32,000 nucleotides of DNA, from positions 150,001-182,000 of the forward strand of contig NC_016012.1 of NCBI RefSeq assembly GCF_000283555.1, given 5' to 3'. The notes beneath the pieces are model-generated. The model made no database searches and was not told the DNA's origin. It saw only the letters and a program-made list of their open reading frames with translations. The stretch's first letter is position 1. Every line of letters begins with the position of its first letter. The DNA is from Candidatus Arthromitus sp. SFB-rat-Yit. Its GTDB lineage: Bacteria > Bacillota > Clostridia > Clostridiales > Clostridiaceae. Below are positions 23,603 through 31,139 of this stretch, one piece after another. A program made the translations under genes and the position numbers.

Positions 23603-24382
23603 ATGGATTTAGAGGATTACAGGAGTAAAATTGTTAATTGTGATTATAGGATTTTGAAGGTACTTGAACAGAGGTACAACTGGGTTCTTAAGGTTTCCAA
23701 TTATAAGGAAAAGAATAGAAAGCCGATTCTTGATAAGAAAAGAGAAGAAGGGATTAGAGCTGATTTTTTAAAAAATATGAGTCATACATATTTTAAGAGA
23801 TATCACGAAGAAGAATTTATAAAGATTATAAATGCAATAATGGAAGTCAGTCGTGATATACAGTATAGGAAAATTTATAAAAAAAATATTGTGCTTATTG
23901 GTTTTATGGGATGTGGTAAGACTACACTTGGTAGGATACTTGCAAGAAAGATAGGTGTCAAGTTTTTAGATACAGATTATCAGATTGAGAAAAGGCTTAT
24001 GATGAAAGTGGGAGAAATATTCTCAACTCTTGGTGAAGAATATTTTAGAAAAGTTGAGAGTGATGTGATTAAAAATATAGCTAATGGATTCCATGGAGTA
24101 GTTTCAACTGGTGGGGGTAGCGTTCTTAATAAATCAAATGTTAAATATTTAAAGTCGTCTGGGAAATTGATTTACTTAAGATCTTCTGCAGAAAATATAT
24201 TTTATAATTTGAAGAGGAGTACTAAAGAGAGACCTCTTCTTAAACAAAATTTAAATATAAATTATATACAAAAATTTATAAAATCTAGACATGAGATTTA
24301 TAATAAAGTTAAGGATTATGAGATAAATGTAGACAATATGTCTATGGATAAAATAATTCATTATATATATAGAATAATGTAG
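23603..24382 (+). CDS. aroK: fusion: N-terminal AroQ-class chorismate mutase domain plus C-terminal shikimate kinase
   Basis: N-term YRSKIVNCDYRILKVLEQR...KEKNRKPILDKKREE...SRDIQ (CM-like); C-term GFMGCGKTTLGRILARKIG P-loop, DTDYQIE, STGGGSVL (SK). Confidence 0.88.
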   Translation: MDLEDYRSKIVNCDYRILKVLEQRYNWVLKVSNYKEKNRKPILDKKREEGIRADFLKNMSHTYFKRYHEEEFIKIINAIMEVSRDIQYRKIYKKNIVLIGFMGCGKTTLGRILARKIGVKFLDTDYQIEKRLMMKVGEIFSTLGEEYFRKVESDVIKNIANGFHGVVSTGGGSVLNKSNVKYLKSSGKLIYLRSSAENIFYNLKRSTKERPLLKQNLNINYIQKFIKSRHEIYNKVKDYEINVDNMSMDKIIHYIYRIM

Positions 24383-24396
24383 GAGGGGGTTTTAAA

Positions 24397-24627
24397 ATGC
24401 AAACAGTTCTTTATGTAATTCAGTTTATACTTGTAATTGGTATTTTGATTATAGTATTAATGCAACCAAGTAAAGCTGATGGTCTTAAGGGATTTATGAC
24501 AGGATCTCAAGAAACATTTTTTAATAAAAATAAGTCTAAGACGAGGGAGGCAAAGCTTGTTAAGATAACTTATTTATTAGCTATATTATTTGGATTAAAT
24601 ACAATTTTGATCAATATTATATTATAA
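24397..24627 (+). CDS. secG: preprotein translocase subunit SecG
   Basis: 76 aa, two TM segments, VLMQPSKADGLKG.MTG motif, upstream of rnr. Confidence 0.85.
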   Translation: MQTVLYVIQFILVIGILIIVLMQPSKADGLKGFMTGSQETFFNKNKSKTREAKLVKITYLLAILFGLNTILINIIL

Positions 24628-24690
24628 AATTTTAAGACTTTATTTAGATTTTTGGATTTAAATAAAGTTTTTTTGTTTGTGGAGGAAATT

Positions 24691-26781
24691 ATGATTGAAA
24701 AAATATTGAAGTGTATTTATATAGATAATTTAAAATTAAATTATAAAGAGATGTTAAAGAAGTTTAAGGTTTCTGATTTGAAACTGTTTAATAAGAGTTT
24801 GGATAAACTTAAGCATGATAATATTATTTTTAAGGATAAAAATGGGAGGTTTGTAAAGAGTAATAGAGATGATATTTATTTTGGAGTATATGATGGGACG
24901 AAGAAGGGATTTGGATTTTTGCTTCTTGAGGGTGAAAATGACATTTTTATATCTAGGACTTCATCAAATGGGTGTATGGATAAGGATAGCGTAATTGTTA
25001 AAGTTATAGAGGATAAGTCTAGAAGTAATCGTAAAATTGGAGAAGTTATTTATGTAATTGATCGTTATAATAAAGAAATAATTGGAGAGTATCAAGATTT
25101 AAAATCCTTTGGGTTTGTTGTTCCGAGGAATTACAATATTAACTATGATATTTATATACCAAAGAAGTATAGGATGGGTGCTAAGAATGGAGATGTTGTT
25201 TCTGTTAAGATAACTAAGTATCCAATTTTGGGAAAAAAACCTGAGGGAATAGTAAATGAAATACTTGGAAATAAGAATAGAAAAGATATAAATATGCGTG
25301 TTCTTATGAAAAAGTATAATTTGAAAGAAGACTTTCCCAAAGATGTTTTAAATGAAGCTAAGAGTTTTCGTATGAGGGTTAAAGAAGATGATTTTACAAA
25401 TAGAAGAGATCTTAGAAATTTATCGATTGTTACGATTGATGGAAGTGATGCGAAAGATTTAGATGATGCCGTATATGTTAAAAAAGATGGGGAGAATTAT
25501 AAATTATCTGTACATATAGCTGATGTTTCCCATTATGTAAAATATGGAAGTAAGCTTGATCGTGAAGCTCTAAAAAGGGGTACTTCTGTTTATTTAATAG
25601 ATAAAGTTATACCCATGCTTCCTAAAGAGTTATCGAATGATTTGTGTTCTTTAAATTCTGGAACAGATAAGCTTACTTTAAGCTGTGAGATGGTTATAAA
25701 TAGTTTTGGGGAAGTAATTTCTTATGATATATTTGAGAGTGTGATAAGAACTAAGTATAGGTTAACCTATGATAATGTTCAGGATATAATAGATGGTAAA
25801 ACGCATGAGTTTTCTGATATACATGATATGATTTTTAATATGAAAGATTTGGCTGAGATATTAAATGAAAAAAGAGAGCGTAGAGGATCTATTAATTTTG
25901 ATTTTCCAGAATGCAAAATATCTTTGAATGAGGATGGGGATATTTTGGATATAAGTGCTTTTGTGCGTAAATTTTCTCACAAAATAATAGAAGAGTTTAT
26001 GCTTTTGTGTAATGAAACTATTGCAGAACATATGTTTTTTTTGAATTATCCATTTCCATATAGAATACATGAAGAACCGGATATGGAAAAGATTATGAAT
26101 TTAATAAATATACTTCATAATTTAAATTATAATCTAAGAGTTAATGATAAGGTTTATTCAAACCAAATACAGAAGGTACTTTCTCATTTCAAAGGTAGAG
26201 ATGAGGAGATGTTTTTGAGCAAATTTATTTTAAGGAGCATGTCAAAAGCTAGATATTTAAAAGAGTGTATGGGACATTTTGGGCTTTCGACTAAATATTA
26301 TTGTCATTTTACATCTCCGATTCGAAGGTATCCTGATTTGGTTGCCCATAGGATTATAAAATTATCTCTAAAGGGAAGCATAGGAGATAAACTTCTTAAA
26401 AATTTATCTGAAGAGGTTTCTGTTTGTTGTGAAAATTCATCACTTAGAGAGAGGGAAGCGGAGGAATCAGAAAGAGAATTATATGATATTAAGAAGGCTG
26501 AATTTATGAAGGATAAAATAGGTGAGGAGTATACGGGAATAATATCATCTATAACGAGTTTTGGTTTTTTTGTTGATCTCCCAAATACTATAAGAGGGCT
26601 TGTTCATATTAATGATATGAATGATGACATTTATCATTTTGATGAAGAGAATATTTCTTTAATTGGGGAATGTAATAAAAATGTGTTTAAGATTGGTATG
26701 ATGGTTCATGTAAAAGTTTTAAATGTTATTTTAGAAAACAATGAAATTTATTTTGGTTTAGTAGGTGAAAATCATGAGTAA
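24691..26781 (+). CDS. rnr: ribonuclease R
   Basis: RNB domain [39 protein letters not shown]-terminal S1 domain; ATG 24691 preceded by GGAGG (track start 24652). Confidence 0.95.
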   Translation: MIEKILKCIYIDNLKLNYKEMLKKFKVSDLKLFNKSLDKLKHDNIIFKDKNGRFVKSNRDDIYFGVYDGTKKGFGFLLLEGENDIFISRTSSNGCMDKDSVIVKVIEDKSRSNRKIGEVIYVIDRYNKEIIGEYQDLKSFGFVVPRNYNINYDIYIPKKYRMGAKNGDVVSVKITKYPILGKKPEGIVNEILGNKNRKDINMRVLMKKYNLKEDFPKDVLNEAKSFRMRVKEDDFTNRRDLRNLSIVTIDGSDAKDLDDAVYVKKDGENYKLSVHIADVSHYVKYGSKLDREALKRGTSVYLIDKVIPMLPKELSNDLCSLNSGTDKLTLSCEMVINSFGEVISYDIFESVIRTKYRLTYDNVQDIIDGKTHEFSDIHDMIFNMKDLAEILNEKRERRGSINFDFPECKISLNEDGDILDISAFVRKFSHKIIEEFMLLCNETIAEHMFFLNYPFPYRIHEEPDMEKIMNLINILHNLNYNLRVNDKVYSNQIQKVLSHFKGRDEEMFLSKFILRSMSKARYLKECMGHFGLSTKYYCHFTSPIRRYPDLVAHRIIKLSLKGSIGDKLLKNLSEEVSVCCENSSLREREAEESERELYDIKKAEFMKDKIGEEYTGIISSITSFGFFVDLPNTIRGLVHINDMNDDIYHFDEENISLIGECNKNVFKIGMMVHVKVLNVILENNEIYFGLVGENHE

Positions 26782-27235
26782 AAAATCAAATGTAATATCT
26801 CAAAATAAGAAAGCATTTCACGATTATTTTATTGAGGAGAATTATGAGGCTGGAATTGTTTTGGTTGGAACTGAGGTTAAATCTATAAGGTCTCATGGAG
26901 CTAACTTAAAAGATAGTTACGGAGTTTTTAAAAATAGGGAGTTATATATAATAAACATGCATATAAGTCCCTATGAAAAGGGAAATATATTTAATAGAGA
27001 TCCACTTCGTGATAGAAAGTTATTACTTCATAAAAAGGAGTTATCAGATCTTTTTATAAAAAAGAATCAGGAAGGGTATTCTCTTATACCTATTTCTCTT
27101 TATCTTAAAGATGGTATTATAAAGGTAAATTTGGGCCTTTGTCGTGGTAAGAAAAATTATGATAAAAGGGATTCGATGCTTGAGCGTGAACACAGAAGAG
27201 ATATAGATAGGGCTATGAAAGAGAAATATAGGTAG
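26774..27235 (+). CDS. smpB: SsrA-binding protein SmpB
   Basis: [48 protein letters not shown]; overlaps rnr, precedes tmRNA; ATG at 26774. Confidence 0.95.
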   Translation: MSKKSNVISQNKKAFHDYFIEENYEAGIVLVGTEVKSIRSHGANLKDSYGVFKNRELYIINMHISPYEKGNIFNRDPLRDRKLLLHKKELSDLFIKKNQEGYSLIPISLYLKDGIIKVNLGLCRGKKNYDKRDSMLEREHRRDIDRAMKEKYR

Positions 27236-27239
27236 CTTG

Positions 27240-27268
27240 TTGAAAAAATATTTTTAAGGTGGTATACT
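27240..27268 (+). promoter_or_regulatory. sigma70-type promoter for ssrA
   Basis: TTGAAA (27240-27245), 17-nt spacer, TATACT (27263-27268), 23 nt before tmRNA 5' end. Confidence 0.6.
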
Positions 27269-27291
27269 GATTTAAGGATAATTTTTATCAA

Positions 27292-27651
27292 GGGGGCGTA
27301 TTTTGGTTTCGACGGGGGTACTGGAGTATTTAGATAGCGAGTAGAGTTTTAGTGGATTCTCTTTAAAAATTTACTAAAAAAAGTAAACGACAAAAATTAT
27401 TCTTTACAAGCTGCTTAATTAATAGCTAGCTTCATCTAGTTTGCGAGTCCTACGGCGCAAATATAGGTGTCAAATTTAAGTAGGGAAACGAGCCTTAAAA
27501 AGCTTTGATTAAGGAACGGGATTTATGAAGCTACTTTGTACAAATTTTGTTTATGGAAGTTGTATAAAGGAATTTAAAACATAAACTGCACTCGGAGAGA
27601 TTTAAATATGACTACTTTCGGACAGGGGTTCAACTCCCCTCGCCTCCACCA
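27292..27651 (+). ncRNA. ssrA: transfer-messenger RNA (tmRNA), one-piece
   Basis: 5' GGGGGCGTATTTTGGTTTCGACGGGGG, 3' GGGGTTCAACTCCCCTCGCCTCCACCA; 7-bp acceptor stem GGGGGCG/CGCCTCC; encoded tag ORF 27383-27418 (VNDKNYSLQAA*). Confidence 0.97.
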
Positions 27652-27847
27652 TAACATCTACCATCTATTGATAAAAGTAATTTTGTCAGCAGGTGGTTTT
27701 TTGTTTGTCCAAAAGTCCAGTTATACTAGGCTTTCCTGCGTTTGTGGGATTTGCGTTGTAGCAATCAATAGTTGGTGTTTTCATAGAGGGTTTTTAGAGG
27801 ACGCTTGACACGAAGCATAGCGGTTTTCGGGGCAGCCGCAGGGGCAA

Positions 27848-27908
27848 ATCGTTAAAAGAAAGGTAATCGTTAAAAGTTGCACCGAAAATCAGGCTATCTT
27901 TTAACGAT
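27848..27908. repeat. cluster of ATCGTTAAAAG repeats: two direct copies (27848-27858, 27866-27876) and one inverted (27898-27908)
   Basis: exact 11-mer ATCGTTAAAAG twice, 18-nt period, and CTTTTAACGAT once. Confidence 0.8.
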
Positions 27909-27936
27909 ACATCGACCCGTTAAAAATAAGGGTTCA

Positions 27937-27979
27937 GGCAAAGAAAAACAGCCCACCGATTGGCGAGCAGGATGCCTTG
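27937..27979 (-). repeat. copy A of a 43-bp direct repeat that is also a minus-strand terminator
   Basis: 40/43 identical by eye to 29365-29407; revcomp GCTCGCC-AATC-GGTGGGC-TGTTTTTCTTT. Confidence 0.85.
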
Positions 27980-28001
27980 ATTTAGCAATGTTAATGTGTA
28001 T

Positions 28002-28028
28002 AAAAAAGACACCCCCTTCGGAGTGTCT
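28002..28028 (-). terminator. intrinsic terminator for the padR/membrane-protein operon
   Basis: minus strand GACACTCC-GAAG-GGGGTGTC-TTTTTT. Confidence 0.85.
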
Positions 28029-28109
28029 ATAAGAGCAGTTACTTATATTCCATGTGGGATGATTATAGTTATGTCAATCCCGTTACATTTTGTTCATTTC
28101 AAAATAATA

Positions 28110-28895
28110 TTAAATTGGTTTCCGCGTACTTTTCCAAGTATTCCAAATGCCTGTGGCTATTTCTATGATGGCAATGACGATAATTACGACAGAAGTAATC
28201 AATGCGCCTATGCCTATATATCGTAGAATGTCAGCCCCACCAGCTATTGTGCTCATATATTCGAGAAATTCAGTGCTTATCAAATCCGGCCAATTCAAGG
28301 CAGAAATAACAACGCCTGCCCATACGACATTGTAGATTGCGTTTATTACGCAAAGCGGAATATTCCATTTTGCCCAATACAACCTAAAGCCATTTACAAT
28401 GAACCCTAAAACCCCAAGCATAACGAGATACGGTATAAACCTCTCCAATGCGGCCTGTGAAAGAGGAGTGATAATGTCCGCACCGCGCACAAATATAAAG
28501 AACGATTCTTCACGAATAATCATAGCGATAAATAGCACGGGGAGAAATACCGATATAATCATTCCCGCGATAGATGAGGAGCGCGAGATTTTAATACCCG
28601 TCGGCAATTGAGGTAAATCTTCGGGCTTCCACTCTTGTTTATAACCGCATTTTTCGGCAATTACAAAACCTACCGTAATCCATAGCGCAGTTTGCAGTGC
28701 CCCCTCAAACGCCATGGCAATACCGCTTGAGATAATCTGAACTATTGAGCCAGATGACAGAGCTAAAACCACTCCTATACAGCCGCAAACGACTGCTACA
28801 ATTGCCGTCACCGCTTCACGCTTGATTTCACCGCGCTCATTCTCTGGCAAGCGGCGTGTAACATCATAAATATAACGCTCAATCATTTCATTCAT
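28110..28895 (-). CDS. membrane protein with N-terminal permease-prefix-like segment, PadR-associated
   Basis: N-term MNEMIERYIYDVTRRLPENERGEIKRE matches the permease-prefix pattern; several TM helices; directly downstream of padR gene. Confidence 0.75.
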   Translation of the reverse strand: MNEMIERYIYDVTRRLPENERGEIKREAVTAIVAVVCGCIGVVLALSSGSIVQIISSGIAMAFEGALQTALWITVGFVIAEKCGYKQEWKPEDLPQLPTGIKISRSSSIAGMIISVFLPVLFIAMIIREESFFIFVRGADIITPLSQAALERFIPYLVMLGVLGFIVNGFRLYWAKWNIPLCVINAIYNVVWAGVVISALNWPDLISTEFLEYMSTIAGGADILRYIGIGALITSVVIIVIAIIEIATGIWNTWKSTRKPI

Positions 28896-28900
28896 TTCGG

Positions 28901-29245
28901 TTAATCCTTTCCCAACAGATTTTCCATTTCACAGGTCATGCGCCGCCATTCATCTCGCAACTGCGCGTGGAGCACCCGGCCTCGGTCGATGAGTGTATAG
29001 TATTTACGCGGACGGCTTTCGGCGGTGTCCCATTGGCTTTGTAATAAGCCCTGTGACTCTAAACGCCGTAGTAATGGATAGAGTGTATTGGCTTCAATGC
29101 GGATGCCCTGTTTTTCCATGTCCTGCAACAGCTCATATCCATATTTAGGTTGATTTATGCTGCTCAATACGGCGAGGACAAGCGTGCCTCGTCGCAAATC
29201 GACAATTAAGCCTTGAAGCAGTTCATCTTCCGACATTAGCATCAC
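28901..29245 (-). CDS. padR: PadR-family transcriptional regulator
   Basis: RGTLVLAVLSSINQPKYGYELLQDMEKQGIRIEANTLYPLLRRLESQGLLQSQW...RKYYTLIDRG winged-helix signature. Confidence 0.93.
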   Translation of the reverse strand: MMLMSEDELLQGLIVDLRRGTLVLAVLSSINQPKYGYELLQDMEKQGIRIEANTLYPLLRRLESQGLLQSQWDTAESRPRKYYTLIDRGRVLHAQLRDEWRRMTCEMENLLGKD

Positions 29246-29364
29246 CTCCGGCTTTTATTATACTGTGCTACACACACTATTATAAATAACTTATTATGAG
29301 GTTTCCTATAATATTTATATTTTCCTTACACGCCTTTTTACATAGCTTCCGTGCGGTCATTCTT

Positions 29365-29407
29365 GGCAAAGAAAAACAGCCCGCCGATTGGCGAGCCGGA
29401 TACCTTG
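29365..29407 (-). repeat. copy B of the 43-bp direct repeat, minus-strand intrinsic terminator behind the recombinase remnant
   Basis: revcomp GCTCGCC-AATC-GGCGGGC-TGTTTTTCTTT; 40/43 match to 27937-27979. Confidence 0.85.
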
Positions 29408-29512
29408 GCAACCTTACAACCTTGACCGAGAAAGCCGTATGATTATTGGGTTTTTTATATGATTTAAGGTTGCCAATACCCTTGATGGATTGATAACCTT
29501 GATTTGGCGTTG

Positions 29513-29975
29513 TTAAGCCGTGACTTCCGAGTCGTTCTTGAACCTGAATGTCATTATGCCGTCACGGTAGACCGTCACTTGGTCGATTACGGCAAGCCAC
29601 AGCTTTTCGTCGAACTCGTCGATGGCAATTGGGCGGCTCTTGATGTCTTTGATGAAACCCTCGATAATCTTTGCCTTGCCGAGGCGCTCCCGTTTGTCGG
29701 TCTCCAATTCATCAACTTGTTCGGAAGCCCTACGATGTCGGTTGAGGTAGGCGTTATTGCTCTCCGACCATTCCGTCTGATTGACAGCAGTTCAAGCATT
29801 TTCGTAAATTGCCTTTCGGGATAGCTCGGTGACAACCTCAATCTCACGGAACAATTTTGCGAGTTCCGCATCAATCGCCGTCGTATCACAAAGGACGTTT
29901 TGAGCAAGGCGGCAGTCCTCAATCAGACCATCGCGGTCATGCATCAGGTGGCTAAAAGCTGTTAAGAACCTTTCC
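29513..29975 (-). pseudogene. C-terminal remnant of a large serine (resolvase/invertase-type) recombinase with in-frame TGA
   Basis: minus-strand frame HDRDGLIEDCRLAQNVLCDTTAIDAELAKLFREIEVVTELSRKAIYENA*TAVNQTEWSESNNAYLNRHRRASEQVDELETDKRERLGKAKIIEGFIKDIKSRPIAIDEFDEKLWLAVIDQVTVYRDGIMTFRFKNDSEVTA*; catalytic N-terminal region absent. Confidence 0.8.
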
Positions 29976-30040
29976 TTTTGCTTTCAAGTCCGCTTGATGA
30001 CTTACAAGGGGTGCTGTTAAAGCAATATGCTGGCTAAACA

Positions 30041-30229
30041 ATAGATTTTTTGACGCTTTATGAAGAGCACAGCGTTGACCGCCCATATATCAAGAAAAAT
30101 TATAAAGAAGTCTTACGCATGATGTTTGAGATGGGATTGATTAGTGCCGTAAATCCAAAGACCAACAAACCTCCTCGAAAAGGTTCGTTTTCGGATGAAA
30201 TGCGTATAACTTTTGGAGGTGCTGTATGA
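30041..30229 (+). pseudogene. truncated C-terminus of a TcmP-like (three-Cys-motif partner) protein
   Basis: frame open from after TAA 30035-30037: IDFLTLYEEHSVDRPYIKKNYKEVLRMMFEMGLISAVNPKTNKPPRKGSFSDEMRITFGGAV*, stop overlaps the DUF5131 ATG (ATGA); not in ORF track. Confidence 0.5.
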
Positions 30230-30879
30230 GAACCACTAAGATAGAATGGACTGACAGGACGTGGAATCCAGTAACGGGCTGCACAAAGTTTTCAACTGGA
30301 TGCGCTCATTGCTATGCGGAAACAATGGTAAACAGGCTTCGAGCTATGGGCGTTGCAAAGTATGCTAACGGATTTATGCCGACAATGCATGAGGCTTCGT
30401 TATACGAACCCATTAAGTGGAAACAACCCCATACCATATTTGTTTGCTCAATGGCCGACCTTTTTCACGATGAAGTGCCACTCGATTTTATTGATAGTGT
30501 TATGAATACGATAAGGCAAACACCACGTCATCGTTATCAAATCCTTACAAAACGTGCAGAACGAATGGCTGAGTATTTTACGCGGACTGATATCCCCCAA
30601 AATGTGTGGCTCGGAGTAACAGTAGAATCGTCGTCGGTTAAACATCGCATCGAATCGCTCCGCCCTTTGCAAGCCTCCGTTCGATTCCTTTCATGTGAGC
30701 CTTTGGTAGAAGATATAGGTGAACTCGACCTTGCGGATGCAGAAGAGCAAGGTGCAGCATTCTTCTTCAAACAGTGGGGCACTTGGGGTTCAGACGGAGT
30801 CAAGCGTAATAAGAAAGCTAACGGTAAAGCACTCGATGGCAAAATTATTCAAATGATGCCACAATTGAACATGCGCTAA
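30226..30879 (+). CDS. DUF5131 family protein (phage Gp37/Gp68-like, three-Cys motif)
   Basis: TKIEWTDRTWNPVTGCTKFSTGCAHCYAE, HTIFVCSMADLFHDEVP, RYQILTKRAERM, NVWLGVTVE, RFLSCEPLVEDI, FFFKQWG...GKALDGK. Confidence 0.92.
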   Translation: MRTTKIEWTDRTWNPVTGCTKFSTGCAHCYAETMVNRLRAMGVAKYANGFMPTMHEASLYEPIKWKQPHTIFVCSMADLFHDEVPLDFIDSVMNTIRQTPRHRYQILTKRAERMAEYFTRTDIPQNVWLGVTVESSSVKHRIESLRPLQASVRFLSCEPLVEDIGELDLADAEEQGAAFFFKQWGTWGSDGVKRNKKANGKALDGKIIQMMPQLNMR

Positions 30880-30882
30880 CTT

Positions 30883-30926
30883 AAACACGTTTTACGAGTT
30901 TGAAAATTACAGCAAACGTGTTTTTA
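30883..30926 (+). terminator. intrinsic terminator after the DUF5131 gene
   Basis: perfect 10-bp inverted repeat AAACACGTTT ... AAACGTGTTT then TTTAT; long 21-nt loop. Confidence 0.65.
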
Positions 30927-31139
30927 TAGAAAAGGGATATTGAAGGGTTGGTAATCCATGTAATATACTTTGTGAAGTTAATGACTATAATAAAGAATAT
31001 TATTTATAAAATAGGTTAACTATATTTTATAAATATTAATTAATAGTGAATAAAATAAACAAAATAACCAATAATAATAATTGTTTATTAAGAATTTAAA
31101 ATAATTTTCTTTACATAACTAAAAAAGGAGGAAAGAAGA

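Larger units (their letters stand above)
27690..30930. mobile_element. GC-richer decayed genomic island immediately downstream of ssrA (boundaries approximate)
   Basis: abrupt shift in base composition and codon usage versus both flanks; contains serine-recombinase remnant, padR cassette, DUF5131 gene. Confidence 0.75.

Noticed and set aside
27652-27700. Possible attR-style duplication of the ssrA 3' end
   Set aside because: Searched by eye for TTCAACTCCCCTCGCCTCCACCA or its 3' half downstream to 32,000; none seen.
27608-27808. 66-aa plus-strand ORF starting inside tmRNA
   Set aside because: Its start overlaps the T-arm of the tmRNA and the product has no recognisable features; spurious.
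27700-27812. Minus-strand mini-ORF (MKTPTIDCYNANPTNAGKPSITGLLDKQKTTC*) at the island edge
   Set aside because: No convincing RBS and no recognisable domain; could be a truncated gene start, but not supportable as a feature.
28147-28611. Plus-strand ORFs opposite the PadR-linked membrane protein
   Set aside because: Antisense to a well-supported multi-TM gene; low-complexity, no RBS.
29504-29922. Overlapping ORFs on both strands (106 aa plus, 111 aa minus) in the recombinase region
   Set aside because: They are antisense or out-of-frame readings of the serine-recombinase remnant in GC-richer DNA.
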